The notes: generated by a model from the sequence alone, not told the origin. A stretch of DNA of 64,000 nucleotides from Octopus sinensis (GCF_006345805.1 NC_043008.1:78678001-78742000); one strand, 5' to 3'. Shown: positions 1 to 13,268, numbered from the stretch's first letter. Numbers and translations: made by a program.

Positions 1-59
1 GGACAAATATCCATCAAAAATAAATAATGTAAATAATAACGATATTAGTATTTCTGATA

Positions 60-510
60 TAAATTTCAATCACATTCATTTCCTTAGCAGTAGTTCTAAG
101 ACTAGAAACTCTATTTATCAATGTAAAATTACTTCCCGTTCTGATGTCTTTTTTTTACATAGGTAAAACATCTCAGTTGTCCAAAACAATATCTAACCAT
201 TACTCTACATTTAGACATATCAATAAATGCAGCAATACTGGGCTTAGTAAATTAATTTGGTCTCTTAAGGAACATAATAAACAACTTGATTTGGAATGGA
301 ATATTCTATCTAGATCCTTTCTGTATGATAAAGGTAAATCTTTTTGTCCGCTCTGTAACGAAGAACAGTATCTCATTTTGTTCTCAGAGAATTCTCTTGT
401 AAACATGTTTAAAGAACATGTTTATTATTGCAAACATTGACAAAAACATACCTTTAGTTCCTATAAGTAATTTCTATCAAGCTATAAAATTTGACTTTTA
501 TCTGTCTTCT
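60..510 (+). mobile_element. Penelope-like element (PLE) fragment, C-terminal GIY-YIG endonuclease
   Basis: ORF 144-440 reads FYIGKT...NHYSTFRH...TGLSKLIWSLK...W.IL...C.LC..E...YCKH. This is the PLE GIY-YIG C-terminal signature, shared with the copies at 39.8-40.2 kb, 51.9-52.4 kb and 59.7-59.9 kb. Confidence 0.75.
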
Positions 511-1159
511 TACATTTTATTTCCACTACATATATCTATTTACATGCTTTATTTCCACTCATCTTTATTTCCACTCATCTATCGCATTATATTTATCCAC
601 TCTTAATTTTCCATTAATTTCTTTCTTTCTCCTCTTTTTCTTTCTCCAAATTGCCTTTGACATTAAATCTATTAACAGTTTTTTAAGAAATAACTGGCCA
701 ATGTTCCCTTCATCATATACGCGGTAATCACATTCGGTTAAAATGGTTTATTGATGTGTTTTGTTTCTCTTTTTTCCCTGATCAGATGATTACATTGTTT
801 TACATCATTTTATTCCCTCAGGAATAATACCAAGGTTTTCTTCGAAACATGTGTGGGAAGAATAAAAATTTGAATAGCACCTATGTTTAACTCCATTTTT
901 AGATTTGTGTGTGTGTGTGGTGTCCCAGCATGGCCACAGCCTTAGCACTAAAATGCTTAAAAGACTATTGATCTGGGTAGTGTGCATAATATAATCGTTC
1001 TGGTTAGTATGTATGTATATATATATATGATACACATTATGTACAAGACATCACCAACAAGTGAAAAATACGTAAACACACACACATATACACATGCACA
1101 CATATATGTAGATAGACATACACATTTAGGGAACTATGGTTAACAATCAATTTCTCTAA

Positions 1160-1995
1160 CACCTTCATCATCATCATCATTTAACGTCTGTTGTCCATGC
1201 TGACAAGGGTTGGACAGTTGACCAGGCTTGCACGCTGAAAGGCTGAACCAGACTCCAGTCTGATTTGGTGTGGTTTTCTACAATTCGATGCCCTTCCTAA
1301 TGCCAACCACTCTGAGGGTGTAATGGGTGCTTTACATACCACCAGCATGGGTACCATTTGCATAACACTGGTATCTGCCATGACTGCAATTTTGCACAGT
1401 TTCATGGCTCTACTTCTCAAGCACAACATAATGCCAAAGGTCTTGATCATTGCCTCCATGGGGCCCAACACTCGAAAGGAACTCAGCCCCTTTGCCTCCG
1501 TGAGGTCCAATGTGTGAAAGGAACTCAGCCACTTTACCTCTGTGAGGCCCAATGCTCAAACGGTGCTCTTAACATGCCACCAGCATGGGTGCCAGTTACG
1601 TGACATCAACATCAGTCATGACTATGCTTTCACTTGGCTTAACAGGTCTTCTCAAGCACAGTATATCACCAAAGGTTTGAGCCATTAGTTATTGCTTCTG
1701 TGAGGGTCAAAGTTCAAAGATCATGCTTCACCACTTCATCCCATGCCTTCCTGGGTTTACTTTACCTCTACCACAGGTTCCCTCCACAGTTAGAGATCGG
1801 CATTTCTTTACACAGCTATCCTTGTCCATATGTATTGCATGACCATACCAACATAGTTGTCTCTCTTGCACACCACATCTGATGCCTCTTATGCCTAATT
1901 TTTCCTCTCAAGATGCTTATACTCTGTTGAACATGCACACTAACATTGCACATCAAGCGAAGCATACTGACTTTATTTCTTTCAAGTCTAACCTT
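1160..1995 (-). mobile_element. RTE-clade LINE 3' fragment (end of ORF2, 3'UTR with ~42-bp tandem repeats, (GAT)n tail)
   Basis: Reverse complement matches the 3' end of the RTE copy at 62.4-63.25 kb (GGCATTAGGAAGGGCATC... and (GAT)n tail). Tandem GGAACTCAGCC units lie at 1460-1550. Confidence 0.75.
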
Positions 1996-2215
1996 GTTTT
2001 CAATATTTCCTTATGTTTTATTCAATGACTACCAGTATGGTTTCCATGAAGCTAGATCAACTGAGAACCTGCTTTCCAGTGGCGCTTATCTATGATAACT
2101 CTTTTGAAAAGTTTAGTGGAAACAATATCATTACACTCAACATTAATAAAACATTTGACTTCCCAACTAAACTCTTGGTCTATGAATTGGATTCAGTTCT
2201 CTGCTAGGTCTACAA

Positions 2216-2218
<3 letters not shown>

Positions 2219-2294
<76 letters not shown>

Positions 2295-2311
2295 TCTCTC
2301 TCTCTCTCTCC
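2219..2311. repeat. (TC)n microsatellite
   Basis: Directly visible dinucleotide run. Confidence 0.95.
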
Positions 2312-3470
2312 CACTGAGCTATCAATTTGAATTTTCCTTAAGACTGTCACCCACACTCATCTTGTACATTGATGACCTATTTAGTATCACCTCTAAACAT
2401 GCATACTCATACGCAATTTAGACTTCACATGAAACCTGCACTACTTTGATACAATATACTTTCTACAATAGGGATATGACAATCTTGTAGCTTTCAACAA
2501 CCCCCAAAATATAAGTGTATGTATAAATGAAGGACTATTCTACCTCACCCTCTCTAGTTCTTAATAGCATGCAATTAAGTTGCTACCATTACTGGTGACT
2601 TTCCCTAGAGTGTCCTTCCCTTTAGGACTAAAAATACATTTGACTGGACATATAAGGATTCCTTAGAAAAGTACTGGTTTTGGTACAAACAGAAGTTGCA
2701 CATCACTAGTGTATTGATACAATTTTATCTCTAACTAAAATCAAATGTTAGTTTTAAAGTTGATATTTTATAAAATTTTATTTTATTCTGTTTTAATCAG
2801 ATAGTGTTAGCTTTAAAATGAGTTTCCTTGAGTGTTTTAAACTGTCTAGGTATTCTAATTTTGTTTATTTTAGAAATTATTCCTAGAATTTATAATTTGA
2901 TCACTATTCATAATGGATAAACATATTCATTGTTTTGTTTCATTACACTGTATTTTCAAACTGCAACATGATATATTTTTAATATATATTTAACAAAATT
3001 TTTCATAACTCAAAGAAGTTATTCATCAACTGATCCATTGTAATGCTTCATTGAGAGAAATTAACAGTTACAATAACTTTTTACTACTTTCCAAGAACAG
3101 AGAATAAATATTTTTAGGTGAACATAATGTGATTAATTTCCAAATTTAATTGTAGTTGATTATTAGTACATGAAGGTAAGGAGTTAAAGGAATATGTCTC
3201 AGAAAGTTCAGTAATTATTTGTGTGTAACATAAAAAACTTAGGTATGCATTTACTATGACCTCAGTATGAAAAATAAAGTCAGCTAATGTAGCAACAGCA
3301 TATATAAGAACATTACTAATTTTAATGAAGATGGAATATATCAGTGCCTCCTATAATATTTAATGAAAACTACCAGAAATGTTCTTATAAACATTACTAA
3401 AACACTGCAAATTGTAAAATTAAAGTTAGAAAATAAAGTAAACTACGTTGATATTAAAGTAATTTCTTAC

Positions 3471-3662
3471 TTTTCAACAAACTTTGCAAGCAATATAGCA
3501 GCAACACCTTTAGATGCAGAAAATATAACAGTTAGTGTATCATTCCTCCATGGTATCTGGACAGTTCTGTCTGCATAACCACCCCATAAGTCAACCACTG
3601 GCTTCCCTTTGTAGAAGACAGCAAAAGCAGCTCCAGTCTCAATTCCATCATCAATATTTTGT
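3471..3662 (-). CDS. Coding exon 2 of a beta-lactamase-domain (SxxK serine hydrolase, LACT-2/EstB-like) gene
   Basis: 192-bp exon with ctgttag acceptor and gtaag donor, phase 2/2. It translates (R)QNIDDGIETGAAFAVFYKGKPVVDLWGGYADRTVQIPWRNDTLTVIFSASKGVAAILLAKFVE, containing VVDLWGGYAD and the catalytic S-x-x-K (SASK). Confidence 0.9.
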
Positions 3663-4362
3663 CTAACAGCAGAAAATAAAAATTAAAATTTTTATTAGTA
3701 AAATATTTAAAATTGAGTTTCACCTCATTAGTTCTATCAAATATCATTAGAGCAATTTATAAAGTTTTCACAAATAACACCCACCTCTCTAATATATTAG
3801 TGAGGAAGGTAAAGAGGAGGAGATGATCACAGGAAGTGGCAATATGAGGAACAGATGAAGACATATAGAGTGGACAGTATTATCTGGAATGACAAATTCA
3901 CTAGTTCAAGAAAAGGAAAAATATAAACAAAGAGAGGAGGAATATAAACCAGTGCTTCAAGTTTTCTTTTTCCACTATCACATTTATTTTTTTTTTTATT
4001 ACACTATCACAATGTCCCCATTTCTTATCAGGCCAAACGAATTTAGTTCTGGGTAATAGTTTGATACATATGACAACTAACCACTAAACCACTCTACTAT
4101 AAGTGAATATTTAATGCATCACTTCATGACTTTGACAAAACTCAGGTATAAATTTCTTGTGTCTCATATATACACCCTTAGCTAACAGCTGAAATTTTAT
4201 CTTATGCTCCGCTTTGCAGTTATATTTTCTTCATTTACTCCCACCCCATCCCCACACACACACTACATACATGTTGATTTCACAGTCCACATACAAGTTT
4301 ACACAAACCTATTTATGAGATTAACAGGTGACATAGTTCAACAATGTTCAAGCATGTACATA

Positions 4363-4404
<42 letters not shown>

Positions 4405-4535
4405 TATGTACATGCTTGAACATATATAACTGCAAATCGGAGCATAAGTTAAAATTTCAGCTGTTAGCTTTACTTCATGTATGGAAATACACACAAGTTT
4501 TAACAATGTCTTTTATAAATTATACTTTAGTTTAT

Positions 4536-4821
4536 TACTCTTTTATTCTTTTACTTGTTTCAGTCATTTGACTGCGGCCATGCTGGAGCACCACCTTTTA
4601 GTACTTATTCTATCGGTCTCTTTTTGCCGAACCGCTAAGTGATGGGGACGTAAACACACCAGCATCGGTTGTCAAGCAATGCTAGGGGGACAAACACAGA
4701 CACACAAACACACACACATATACATATATATACATATATACGACAGGCTTCTTTCAGTTTCCGTCTACCAAATCCACTCACAAGGCATTGGTCGGCCCGG
4801 GGCTATAGCAGAAGACACTTG
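4536..4821 (-). mobile_element. SINE family 2, 5'-truncated copy (internal TA/TG microsatellite, TAAAAGAG-type tail)
   Basis: Near-identical in reverse complement to 23500-23828, except for a ~45-bp internal deletion. Confidence 0.85.
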
Positions 4822-5296
4822 TTTATAATTTACTTGCATATGTGGTGTATATTTGGTCCTGTTTATTTATTTATTCACATTTCAAAAGTCTGTTATTGTT
4901 AACACTGCATTGTTATTGCTAATGTCATTAGTGATTGTGGTTAATATCAGTTTTCTGATATGGTGTGAAATTTTGATTTATCAATAACTTCTCAGAGGTG
5001 AAACTCTTAATATAAAACCCAACTTATGGGATAGCACTAGTACAGAAAATGAAATCTGTAGTTGTAAATTGTTCATCAGTAGAGACAGCAATAGTGTTTT
5101 AAATGTGTTTTCTTGATATGTTTAGTGATTGTTTTCATACTATTGCATATGTCTAGATTGCCATATTCTCAATACAGAATGTTATTCATGTTTCTCCTCA
5201 TAGAAAGAGTTCATGTCTGCTGTTGTGAGAAGATGGCAACTGTGTGAAAATATTTCTAGGAATGTGATTTTAAATATTTGATAGTGAAACAATAGT

Positions 5297-5713
5297 TGGT
5301 ACTCTTTGGTTATCTCCCCCATTTTATAAGAAAATTGGTACTTTTGGTCATCTCCCTCAACTAAAAAAATAGTTTAACCCTCAATAAAACAAACAAAACA
5401 AATGAAAAAAATTAATAAACATGAAAAGTGGAAAGATAAAACATCTTATTGAATCTGATAATATTTTATAACAAATCATACAAAACTGCAAAGATTAATA
5501 AACGTGAAAAGGAAAAAATTAAACATCTTACTGAATCTGATAACATTTTTATAACAAATCATACCATGCCTATTGAGGAGGCCAAACGTCAACAATGTGT
5601 TGAAATACTGAATCAAAAGGATCTAACTCTTTTAATCCAATCTCATGTTGCCAAATAAACTCAATCTTTTAATGGCAATTTTCTTAATAGGGGTGAGATA
5701 ACCAAAAAGTTAA
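5297..5713. mobile_element. Degenerate MITE-like element with ~37-bp imperfect inverted ends and an internal ~75-bp tandem duplication
   Basis: ACTCTTTGGTTATCTCCCCCATTTTATAAGAAAATTG near 5302 resembles the reverse complement of 5677-5712. TAATAAAC..GAAAAG...ATAACAAATCATAC occurs twice internally. Confidence 0.4.
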
Positions 5714-6248
5714 TATAATGGTTGCAGCCTTTTGGCTGAAACATGTAAAAGAATGAAGGAAGAACATTAGTGTAGCAAATACTTCAGGGCAAAAAGAATA
5801 GCAGTTTGAACATGCTACGACTTTGATGGTTGAAAATGTCTGATCCAGGAAATGAGGGTTACCAAGAATGCAATTTTCTGTAGTCCTTGATTTTAGTATG
5901 TCTTCCCTTAGATCATCCTCTTTGTTACTACAAGAACTTCATCCAGACATCTTTGCAGGCTACAGTTACAGCTTGATTAATTGGATCAGTTGTGGTAGAA
6001 ACATACATCTTATTCTACATTACATATGATGATTTACTCAACCAAAAAAGATTGCTCAGTTCTCAAACTGAAGAAAGAAAACATGAAATTTTGACAAATT
6101 TAAAATTTAACCCATACATGGTAAATAAATCATTTGCAAAAGATAGCATATTTATCATGATAAGAATTATAAACAATTACTATGGCAAACAAAAATTCCC
6201 TTCAAGTAACTGAGAGATTTACGACTTTTATATTTATTGGTCACCTAC

Positions 6249-6394
6249 CTAAATGTATCTTCTACAAGCTTGAATTGAGTATCAGCATATCCTCCCATGA
6301 TCTTTGGTAAATTTTTATAACAACAAACATTAAAATAATACCAATGAATTGCTATTAAAGCTACAGCAATTCCTATTTTACTTGGAATATTCAT
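6249..6394 (-). CDS. First coding exon of the beta-lactamase-domain serine hydrolase gene (hydrophobic N-terminus)
   Basis: ATG at 6394 lies 10 nt after a tttctcag acceptor (6405-6406), and the donor is gtaggt. 146 bp = MNIPSKIGIAVALIAIHWYYFNVCCYKNLPKIMGGYADTQFKLVEDTF + AG. Its phase-2 end joins exon 3471-3662 in frame. Confidence 0.85.
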
Positions 6395-7411
6395 GTTTCT
6401 CTATCTGAGAAACAGTGACAAATCTTGGATGATTTTATGTGCTTTACGAACTGTAGTAGCCAAGATATAAATCAAAAATAGAATTGATTGTTGTTGACCT
6501 TCTTATATTTATTGCGCATGCTTATCAAAAAAACTTAGAAAAGAATTCAGATAATGAAAATATTGAGTGTTTGATGATAAGTAAATTACCAAATTTATAG
6601 GTTTAAAAATGCATAACCAAATATTTTCTTTTCACAACATTATTCTAAATATGAATGACAAAATATTGGTTTTTATGTAGCTCATATTCAAGGAGGGAAA
6701 CAGTTAATTAATTGACCTCAGCTCTTGATGAATATATTATCAATCCCAGAAGGGTAAAAGCAAAGCTGACTATAAAATAATTTGTATTAGGAATGTAAAT
6801 AATCTATATAAATACTGTAATAATGACAAAATATTAAAAGTAAAGCATAACATTGACTTAATATGTTATTTGTAAGCTATAAGATACCATTTAGTTGAAC
6901 AGTAACTGAAACTTTTACAACTGTGTGAAAACTTGTGGTAAACATAAGAAAATTAAAATGTAGTATATTTGATGCTCATTGTTCTTATTTACTTAATTCA
7001 CATGAATAGTACCAACTACTGGTTGAGTCATCAATAAAGAAAGTTATCTTATCTAGATGAGATAAGATTATGCTACCTATGTCTATGTACTTCTTTGTAC
7101 TGCATAGATCATGGCATGTATTTTAACATCCCAGCATATTTTGTTCCCCTAGTAGAACTATTTGTCACTGCAGTTATTATTTGTCAGTGAAATATAGTTG
7201 ACTACTTCATTCCTTTGTCTATTCTTGGTTTATTTATATACCAATCACTAGTCATGACAACTGCTATGTTGAAAAAATTTCTTTTGTTCAACAACTATTG
7301 ACAAACAGCCACTGAAAGTAGGACATAAAGCATAGTACCTGCTGAGTCATTGTACACTGCCTGCGAATAAACATCTCATTTAAATAAACTAAAATTATTC
7401 TGCTTAGATTC

Positions 7412-7800
7412 TTATTTCTTTCTTGCCCACAAGGGGTTAAACATAGAGGGGACAAGCAAATCGACCCCAGTGCATAACTGGTTCTTAATTTATCAACCCC
7501 GAAAGGATGAAAGGCAAAGTCGACTTCGGCAGAATTTGAACTCAGAACATAACGGCAGACAAAATACCTATTTCTTTACTACCCACAAGGGGCTAAACAC
7601 AGAAGGGACAAACAAGGAGAGACAAACGGATTAAGTCGACTATATTGACCCCAGTGCATAACTGATACTTATTTAATTGACCCCGAAAGGATGAAAGGCA
7701 AAGTCGATCTCGGCGGAATTTGAACTCAGAACATAGTGGCAGACGAAATACCGCTAAGCATTTTGCCGGTGTGCTAACGTTTCTGCCAGCTCGCCACCTT
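7412..7800 (-). mobile_element. tRNA-derived SINE family 1, head-to-tail dimer with Tx1-type tail
   Basis: Head GGTGGCGAGCTGGCAGAAACGTTAGC, B-box-like GAGTTCAAATTCC, core TTTGCCTTTCATCCTTTCGGGGTC, tail ...AAAGAAATA present twice. Imperfect ~20-bp TSD at 7391-7411 and 7801-7820. Confidence 0.85.
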
Positions 7801-8048
7801 AAAATATTCTGCTCAAATTCATGTGTGTGTATAGGAGTGTGTAAAAAAAAAATTCGAAAAATCTATGGTGGAAAAGACAGATTGAAGGTAACACTTAGAA
7901 GAGTCCTCAAGGTTAAAAGATAGAACAAGGCTATAACTTCTAAAAAGAACATGGCAAGTACTCTTCTGAATGTAAGTTTAATATATATAGTGATAGAACA
8001 CATCAAGTAAAAGTCTGTATGACATAAACTAAGAAAAAGCATTACATT

Positions 8049-8073
8049 GAGAGAGAGAGAGAGAGAGAGAGAG
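8049..8073. repeat. (GA)n tract abutting the 3' end of the Tx1 LINE
   Basis: Directly visible; mirrored by the GA tract at 13431-13537. Confidence 0.95.
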
Positions 8074-8324
8074 TATTTCTTTATTGACCATAAGGTTGAG
8101 AAAAAGAGGGGACAAAACAAACGTTGGGGTCAGGGTATCGAATGAGACGAAACATGAATAAACAAACAATTAAAATATATACAATTAAATGAGAATGAGT
8201 GAATAACAAAAAATGAAGCGGAGGACACGGTTGACCCCACAAACCACATACTCACACTGAAGACTTTGCTTTCTCCTTCTTCACAGTCTTGATTAAACAG
8301 GTTCTTTCACTCACAACATATTTG

Positions 8325-11300
8325 CTATAGACTTTCATCTTTTACGAAACACACTTTGCGCAGGCATTTCTTCTCCAGCCTTATTTTCCGTTTCATGTGG
8401 AAAATGAAAAAGTCGATTAGCTCGAGACTGGAGATAAACATGCCTGTTGCAATTCCTTTTACTCTCGTCTTCCACACTACTTCTTTCGCCATAGCAACTA
8501 CCGAGAGAAAACAGGCTCGCTCCTCCCTATTCAGGGAGGTCAGCGGAACTATCTTCATTACAGATTCACTCGACAGTTGTGCTCTTCTCGAATGCGACAG
8601 CAGGTGTTCGACATAAGCCCAGAGTTCAGTCACCTTGGGGCATTGGACAATCGCGTGCAGGACAGTTTCACTGTCCCTCTCACATCTTGCACAAACCGGC
8701 GAAGGTGCACACCCATGTCTAAAGAGCTTATCTCGAACCGGTAAAGCTCCTCTGTAACATTGCCAGGCCAGGGACTTTTGGTAATTATCCATAGGCCCCG
8801 GACCGAATGTTCTTCGGAACAGGCTGGCCAGTTGATTTTCGTCGAAGCCCAGAGTTTCTCCTAGGACGTCGTCACACTTAAACTCTACTAACCCTCTATA
8901 GAAGAACGAGGTAGCACCCCCGCCACCGGCGTTGCCCGACTGGGAGAGAAGCACGAGTGCCTGATAGCACTCTGCATGCCACATGCCCAACCTCAGTCTA
9001 CACTTGATCCATGGGTTCAGTTCGTTAAACGATGTGAACTGTGGAAATAACAGCTTGACGAACGGAGACCACACCTGCTCACCGTCCAGGTAAATCCAGA
9101 GGTGCCTAAGCCTGAGCGCATGTCTGTGCATTTTTAGCCACGGCATCCCTAACCCACCCTTCAGCGGCTTTTGGCAGCAAATAGAGCACCTTACAAGAGG
9201 TCTGCTGCCCCTCCACAAAAAGCGAAAGAGCATGCGTTCCAGTTTGTTCAGCCACGAATCGGGGCAAGGCACAACGGTCAGGCAGTAAGTGATTACAGAG
9301 GCGATAAACACCTCTGCAACCTCCGCTCAGACCATGTCTGAGTTAGGAGAGCCACCTTTCTCGCCACCTCGCTCCAGTTCTTCTCTATCTGGAGATCTGG
9401 CCCTAACCAGATTCCAAGCATTTTCACCGGTCCTTCCGTCCAACGTCCTACGACGCTGTCAGAAGACATCGACTTGCCCATCCAGGTGCCGAGTTGCAAG
9501 CCGACCGATTTATCCCGGTTGACTTTCGCTCCTGCCACCGCTTCATAGTCCCTTAAGGCCTCACCCACCCACTGTAGGTGCTCGACTCGGGAAACGATGA
9601 TGGTGATGTCGTCCGCATACGCCGAAGCTGACTTTCTGCACCCTAGATCTTGCGGAGTGCCTCTCATAGTTTCCAACCTCCTCAGCAATGGCTCGAGGGC
9701 CAAAACGTAGAGAAGCGTGGAGAGAGGACACCCTTGACGTACCGAACGTTCAATGCTGAACGGCTCCGAAAGGAAACCATTTACCCGAACTACCGATTTG
9801 ATGTTGCTGTATAAAGCGATGATCCATCCGCAGAAGGTCGGGTCGAAGCCAGCTGCCGCGAGGACCACCGCCAGATACTGATGGTCCACCCTATCAAACG
9901 CTTTCGATTGGTCCAAGTGGACCATAGCCCCACCCTTGCCAGGAATCCTATTTACCCTTTCTAAGGCATAGCGTAGAAAGTGGAGATTGTCGTGGATGGT
10001 CCTTCCAGGGATGGCGCAAGTTTGCGCCTCGCCAACAAGTTCACCCACGACCCGCGCCAACCTTTTTGCTAAGACCTTGGCCAAAATCTTCAACTCTGCG
10101 TTAAGCAGAGTGATGGGCCGAAAATTATCAATTAAATCTCCCTTGTTTGGGTCCTTTCTTAACAGCGCTACCACCCCTCGGCTCACAGACTTAGGAATTC
10201 TCCCATTCTGCTGCCAGTTGGTGTACACGCATGCAAGTAGGTGCCCAAACAAGTCTGGCATGCTACTATAGAGTTCGTAAGGCAGACCATCGAGTCCCGG
10301 CAATGTCCCCACCGCAGTCTGCCAACACATCCTCAACTTCTTTGGCTGTGATCGGCACCTCACAAGATTCCGCGTCCGGCTCCGATAGACGCGGCAAACC
10401 AGCTAGGAAGTCTGCAAGCTTCTCCCCGCGCTCCAGCTCGCTGCTCCTCCCGAATAGCTGGGTGAAATGATCATGAAACAACCTTGCACATCTCCTCGGG
10501 TTCATTTACTAATCGACCATTTGGGCCCGTCAAGGATCGAATGGTTGAGTTGTTGCCACGCTGGCCCTCTACCACCCGGGCCCATCCGGCTGCGTTGATC
10601 CCTTCATGTCTCATTGCACGGATCTTAGCCCTGACAATGCACCCTTCATGTTTAGCTTTGAGATGTTGGTCGAGTGCTAACCTCGCCACTAACACTTTCG
10701 ATGCACTGCCTGACCTCATTGTCTTAACTAGTTCCTTTTCTACTTTGTTTCTAGCACTAGCTAGTTCTTTGCTAAACCTAATTGACTCAAATTTGATGGC
10801 TCTTTTCAGGGCGTACCACCATTTGTTGTTGATAATGGATCCAGTTAACGCCCTCATTACTAATTGTTTAATTCGATTCCTGTAGGCTTTACAGTCCAAT
10901 AGTGACTTGTTTAGCTTCCAGTAACCGGTACCTCATCTACACATGCTATCTATGTCGAGCGTACAGGTCACTAATTTGTGATCGCTGTAGCTGACGATAT
11001 GGTGTTGTGGACAGCTAAGTATTTTCTTTATCTTTCCTTCTAGTTATGATTCTATCAATGTAAGACCTGGACAACCCGTCGTTTTTTGCCCAGGTCCATG
11101 CTGGAGTGTCTGGGTGGTCCAGTCTGAATCTATCTGCCAATTCGAAACAACTTAGCATATCGTTGAGGTGAGGTAATCCCCTCCTATTCTTTCTCGAGCC
11201 AACATAATCTACGCTTGCATCGCAAATTATGTTGAAGTCACCTAGCAATACTAATGTGTTCGACGTGCCAAGAAAATTCTCTAGGCTTTTGAAATACTCT

Positions 11301-11670
11301 TTCTGCCCGGCTTTTCCTTCGCAGGGAGCATAGACAGCGACCAGCCTGAACACTTTACCACTGCTGTGCGTCACATCCAAAACGACCAACCTGCCTTCTG
11401 GATCTATAAAGACAGTTCTAATCTCTAAATCCAGGTTTTTCCTGACCAGCACTGCCACTCCTCCGCCCCCTCCAGGTCGACAGGGAGAAACGTATTTCTC
11501 GTAGCCGTTTAGAATGGGCGTAAAAGCCTGTAGCCCACTCAGTCTGGATTTGGTAATTACCACTACATCCAAACGATGCGACCTAAGGTCGTTAAGGAGG
11601 TAGCCTTGCTTCCAATATGACCCCAGGCCACGAATATTTATACAACCGAGTTTAAACGAGAATGTGAAAA
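8325..11670 (-). pseudogene. Tx1 ORF2 (APE endonuclease + reverse transcriptase + C-terminal CCHC), frameshifted
   Basis: EN motifs NIRGLG, LVAVYAP, LGDFN, SYIDRI. RT motifs FRPITLLNAELKILAK, LDQSKAFDRV, VRQGCPLS, YADDI. C-terminal CARCERDSETVLHAIVQC. Split over ORFs 11015-11572, 10471-10899, 10266-10505, 9293-10363 and 8325-9311. Confidence 0.9.
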
Positions 11671-11690
11671 ATTAGTCGAAAGTTTAAAAC

Positions 11691-13268
11691 TTACTGTTTT
11701 AACGGAAGAGAGGGTGTAGTTTCACCCTCCTCTTTTCTGTCTGTGAGTGTTGTGTTTTGCGAGGTCAGTTTTTTTGCGAATTGCCTGTACAGATGGCTTG
11801 AAAAGTTCATCTGTAACGGGCCGACGTCCTCCACAAAAGATTTTTTTATTTCAAAATAATCAGCGTTATCTATTGTATAAAATTTGACATTTTCAGAAAT
11901 AGTACTATTTATATCTGTTACGATATATTTTTTCGCCGATTTCATTAAAATAATTTTTTCTCTTAATGGGTTATTGTTTTTATTTATCGCCGTGAGGGTG
12001 TTTCTTTTCTTTTTGTTAGGCGATTGTGGAGGGGTGTGTGTGTGTGTGTGTTTGTGGGTGTGTGTGTGCTTGTAAAAACATGGGTGTTTGTAGGTCTGTG
12101 TGTGCTTGTGGTAGGTGTGTGTGTGTTTGTGTGTGCTTTTTCCAGTGTGTGTGTTTTTTTGGCTAACTGTGTGTTTGCGACTGTATTTGTGGGTGTGCTT
12201 GTCTGACTCGGAGTTTAGTCCTGTGTATCCAAAGAGGGTGGATTTTTCCGTTTCCGTCTTCTCTTTGAAGGTTCTATGGTGACCCACTCCTGGATGTTGT
12301 TGTTGTTGTTTTCTCCCGTTGTCGGCTGAACTTTGGCAATTGGGGTGCGCGACGTGGCTGCTATTTCTAGCGGTGTAGTTGTTGTTTTCGGCGTCGTGCT
12401 TGCCTCTGCAGTATTTTCTTTGGCTGTCTTCTTGCAGCTCGACCTTAGGTGGCCTTTCTCACCACATTTATAACACCTAGGCTTTCTTCCCTCGACTATT
12501 ACCATCATGCTGGTATTATCTCCAATGGTGAGGGAGCTGGGCAATTTTTCCAAGTCTGAGGGGTTTGCTTGGATCACAAGCTCTAAGTCATGTGGCGATA
12601 TCTCTTAGACTGAAGAATGGCAATTTCTTCCTCTTTGCCTAAGAGAATCGCTGCTATGACAAAGTCCACATCTATTTCGGGAGGAATGTCAGTGACCGTT
12701 ATTCTGGAAGTTCTCATTCCTAAATAAAATGGTAGAACTACATCTTCCGACTTCAACATTCTTGTTGAATGTTCCCTAGCTTTTTCTTCGCTAGGGAAAC
12801 GCACCTCTACCGTGCCGAAGCGACTACCCCTCGTTATATAAGTAGTTTGTTGCCATATCGGCCTCAAACATTTTTCTATGGCTTCTCTCTGCACGAAGTC
12901 AATTTTACTATTTTTCACATTATATGTCTTGTATATGACAGTTTTTCTCTCCGTCGCGTAAATTAATTCACTGGGAGGGAACAACTTCACATTATCACCT
13001 TCTTTTTTTAATAAACTTTGGTACTTCTTTAATTCTTCTTTGTTAATAACGATGTTTTCACAGGGGCGAGTTGCTGCACTCGCAAAATCTATTTTTTACT
13101 TTTCCTGTTGTGTAGTAGCTTCGCTAGACATATTGTCGTCTGCTTTTGTAACAAGCGCGTGAGACGTCTCTTTACTTTTACCTTCCTCCTCCCACATTTT
13201 CGCCTTCATGCCTTCAAACAAATTTTCAATGTTTTCCTCCGACTCGGAGGAGATTGGTGGCAAATTCA
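11691..13268 (-). pseudogene. Tx1 ORF1 (gag-like, zinc knuckle), disrupted
   Basis: RGSRFGTVEVRF...IPPEID segment, CYKCGEKGHLRSSC knuckle, basic KRRRKRK stretch and Thr-rich region. Several frameshifts and a stop. Confidence 0.85.

Noticed and set aside
2801-2849. Possible plus-strand micro-exon (aatcag|...SVSFKMSFLECFKLS|gtattc)
   Set aside because: No compatible partner exons or recognisable homology were found; such splice-like pairs arise by chance in AT-rich DNA.
3471-6394. Bacterial beta-lactamase contamination or recent horizontal transfer
   Set aside because: The gene has canonical GT-AG introns with matching phases and sits among host TEs; the fold occurs in animal LACT-type proteins.
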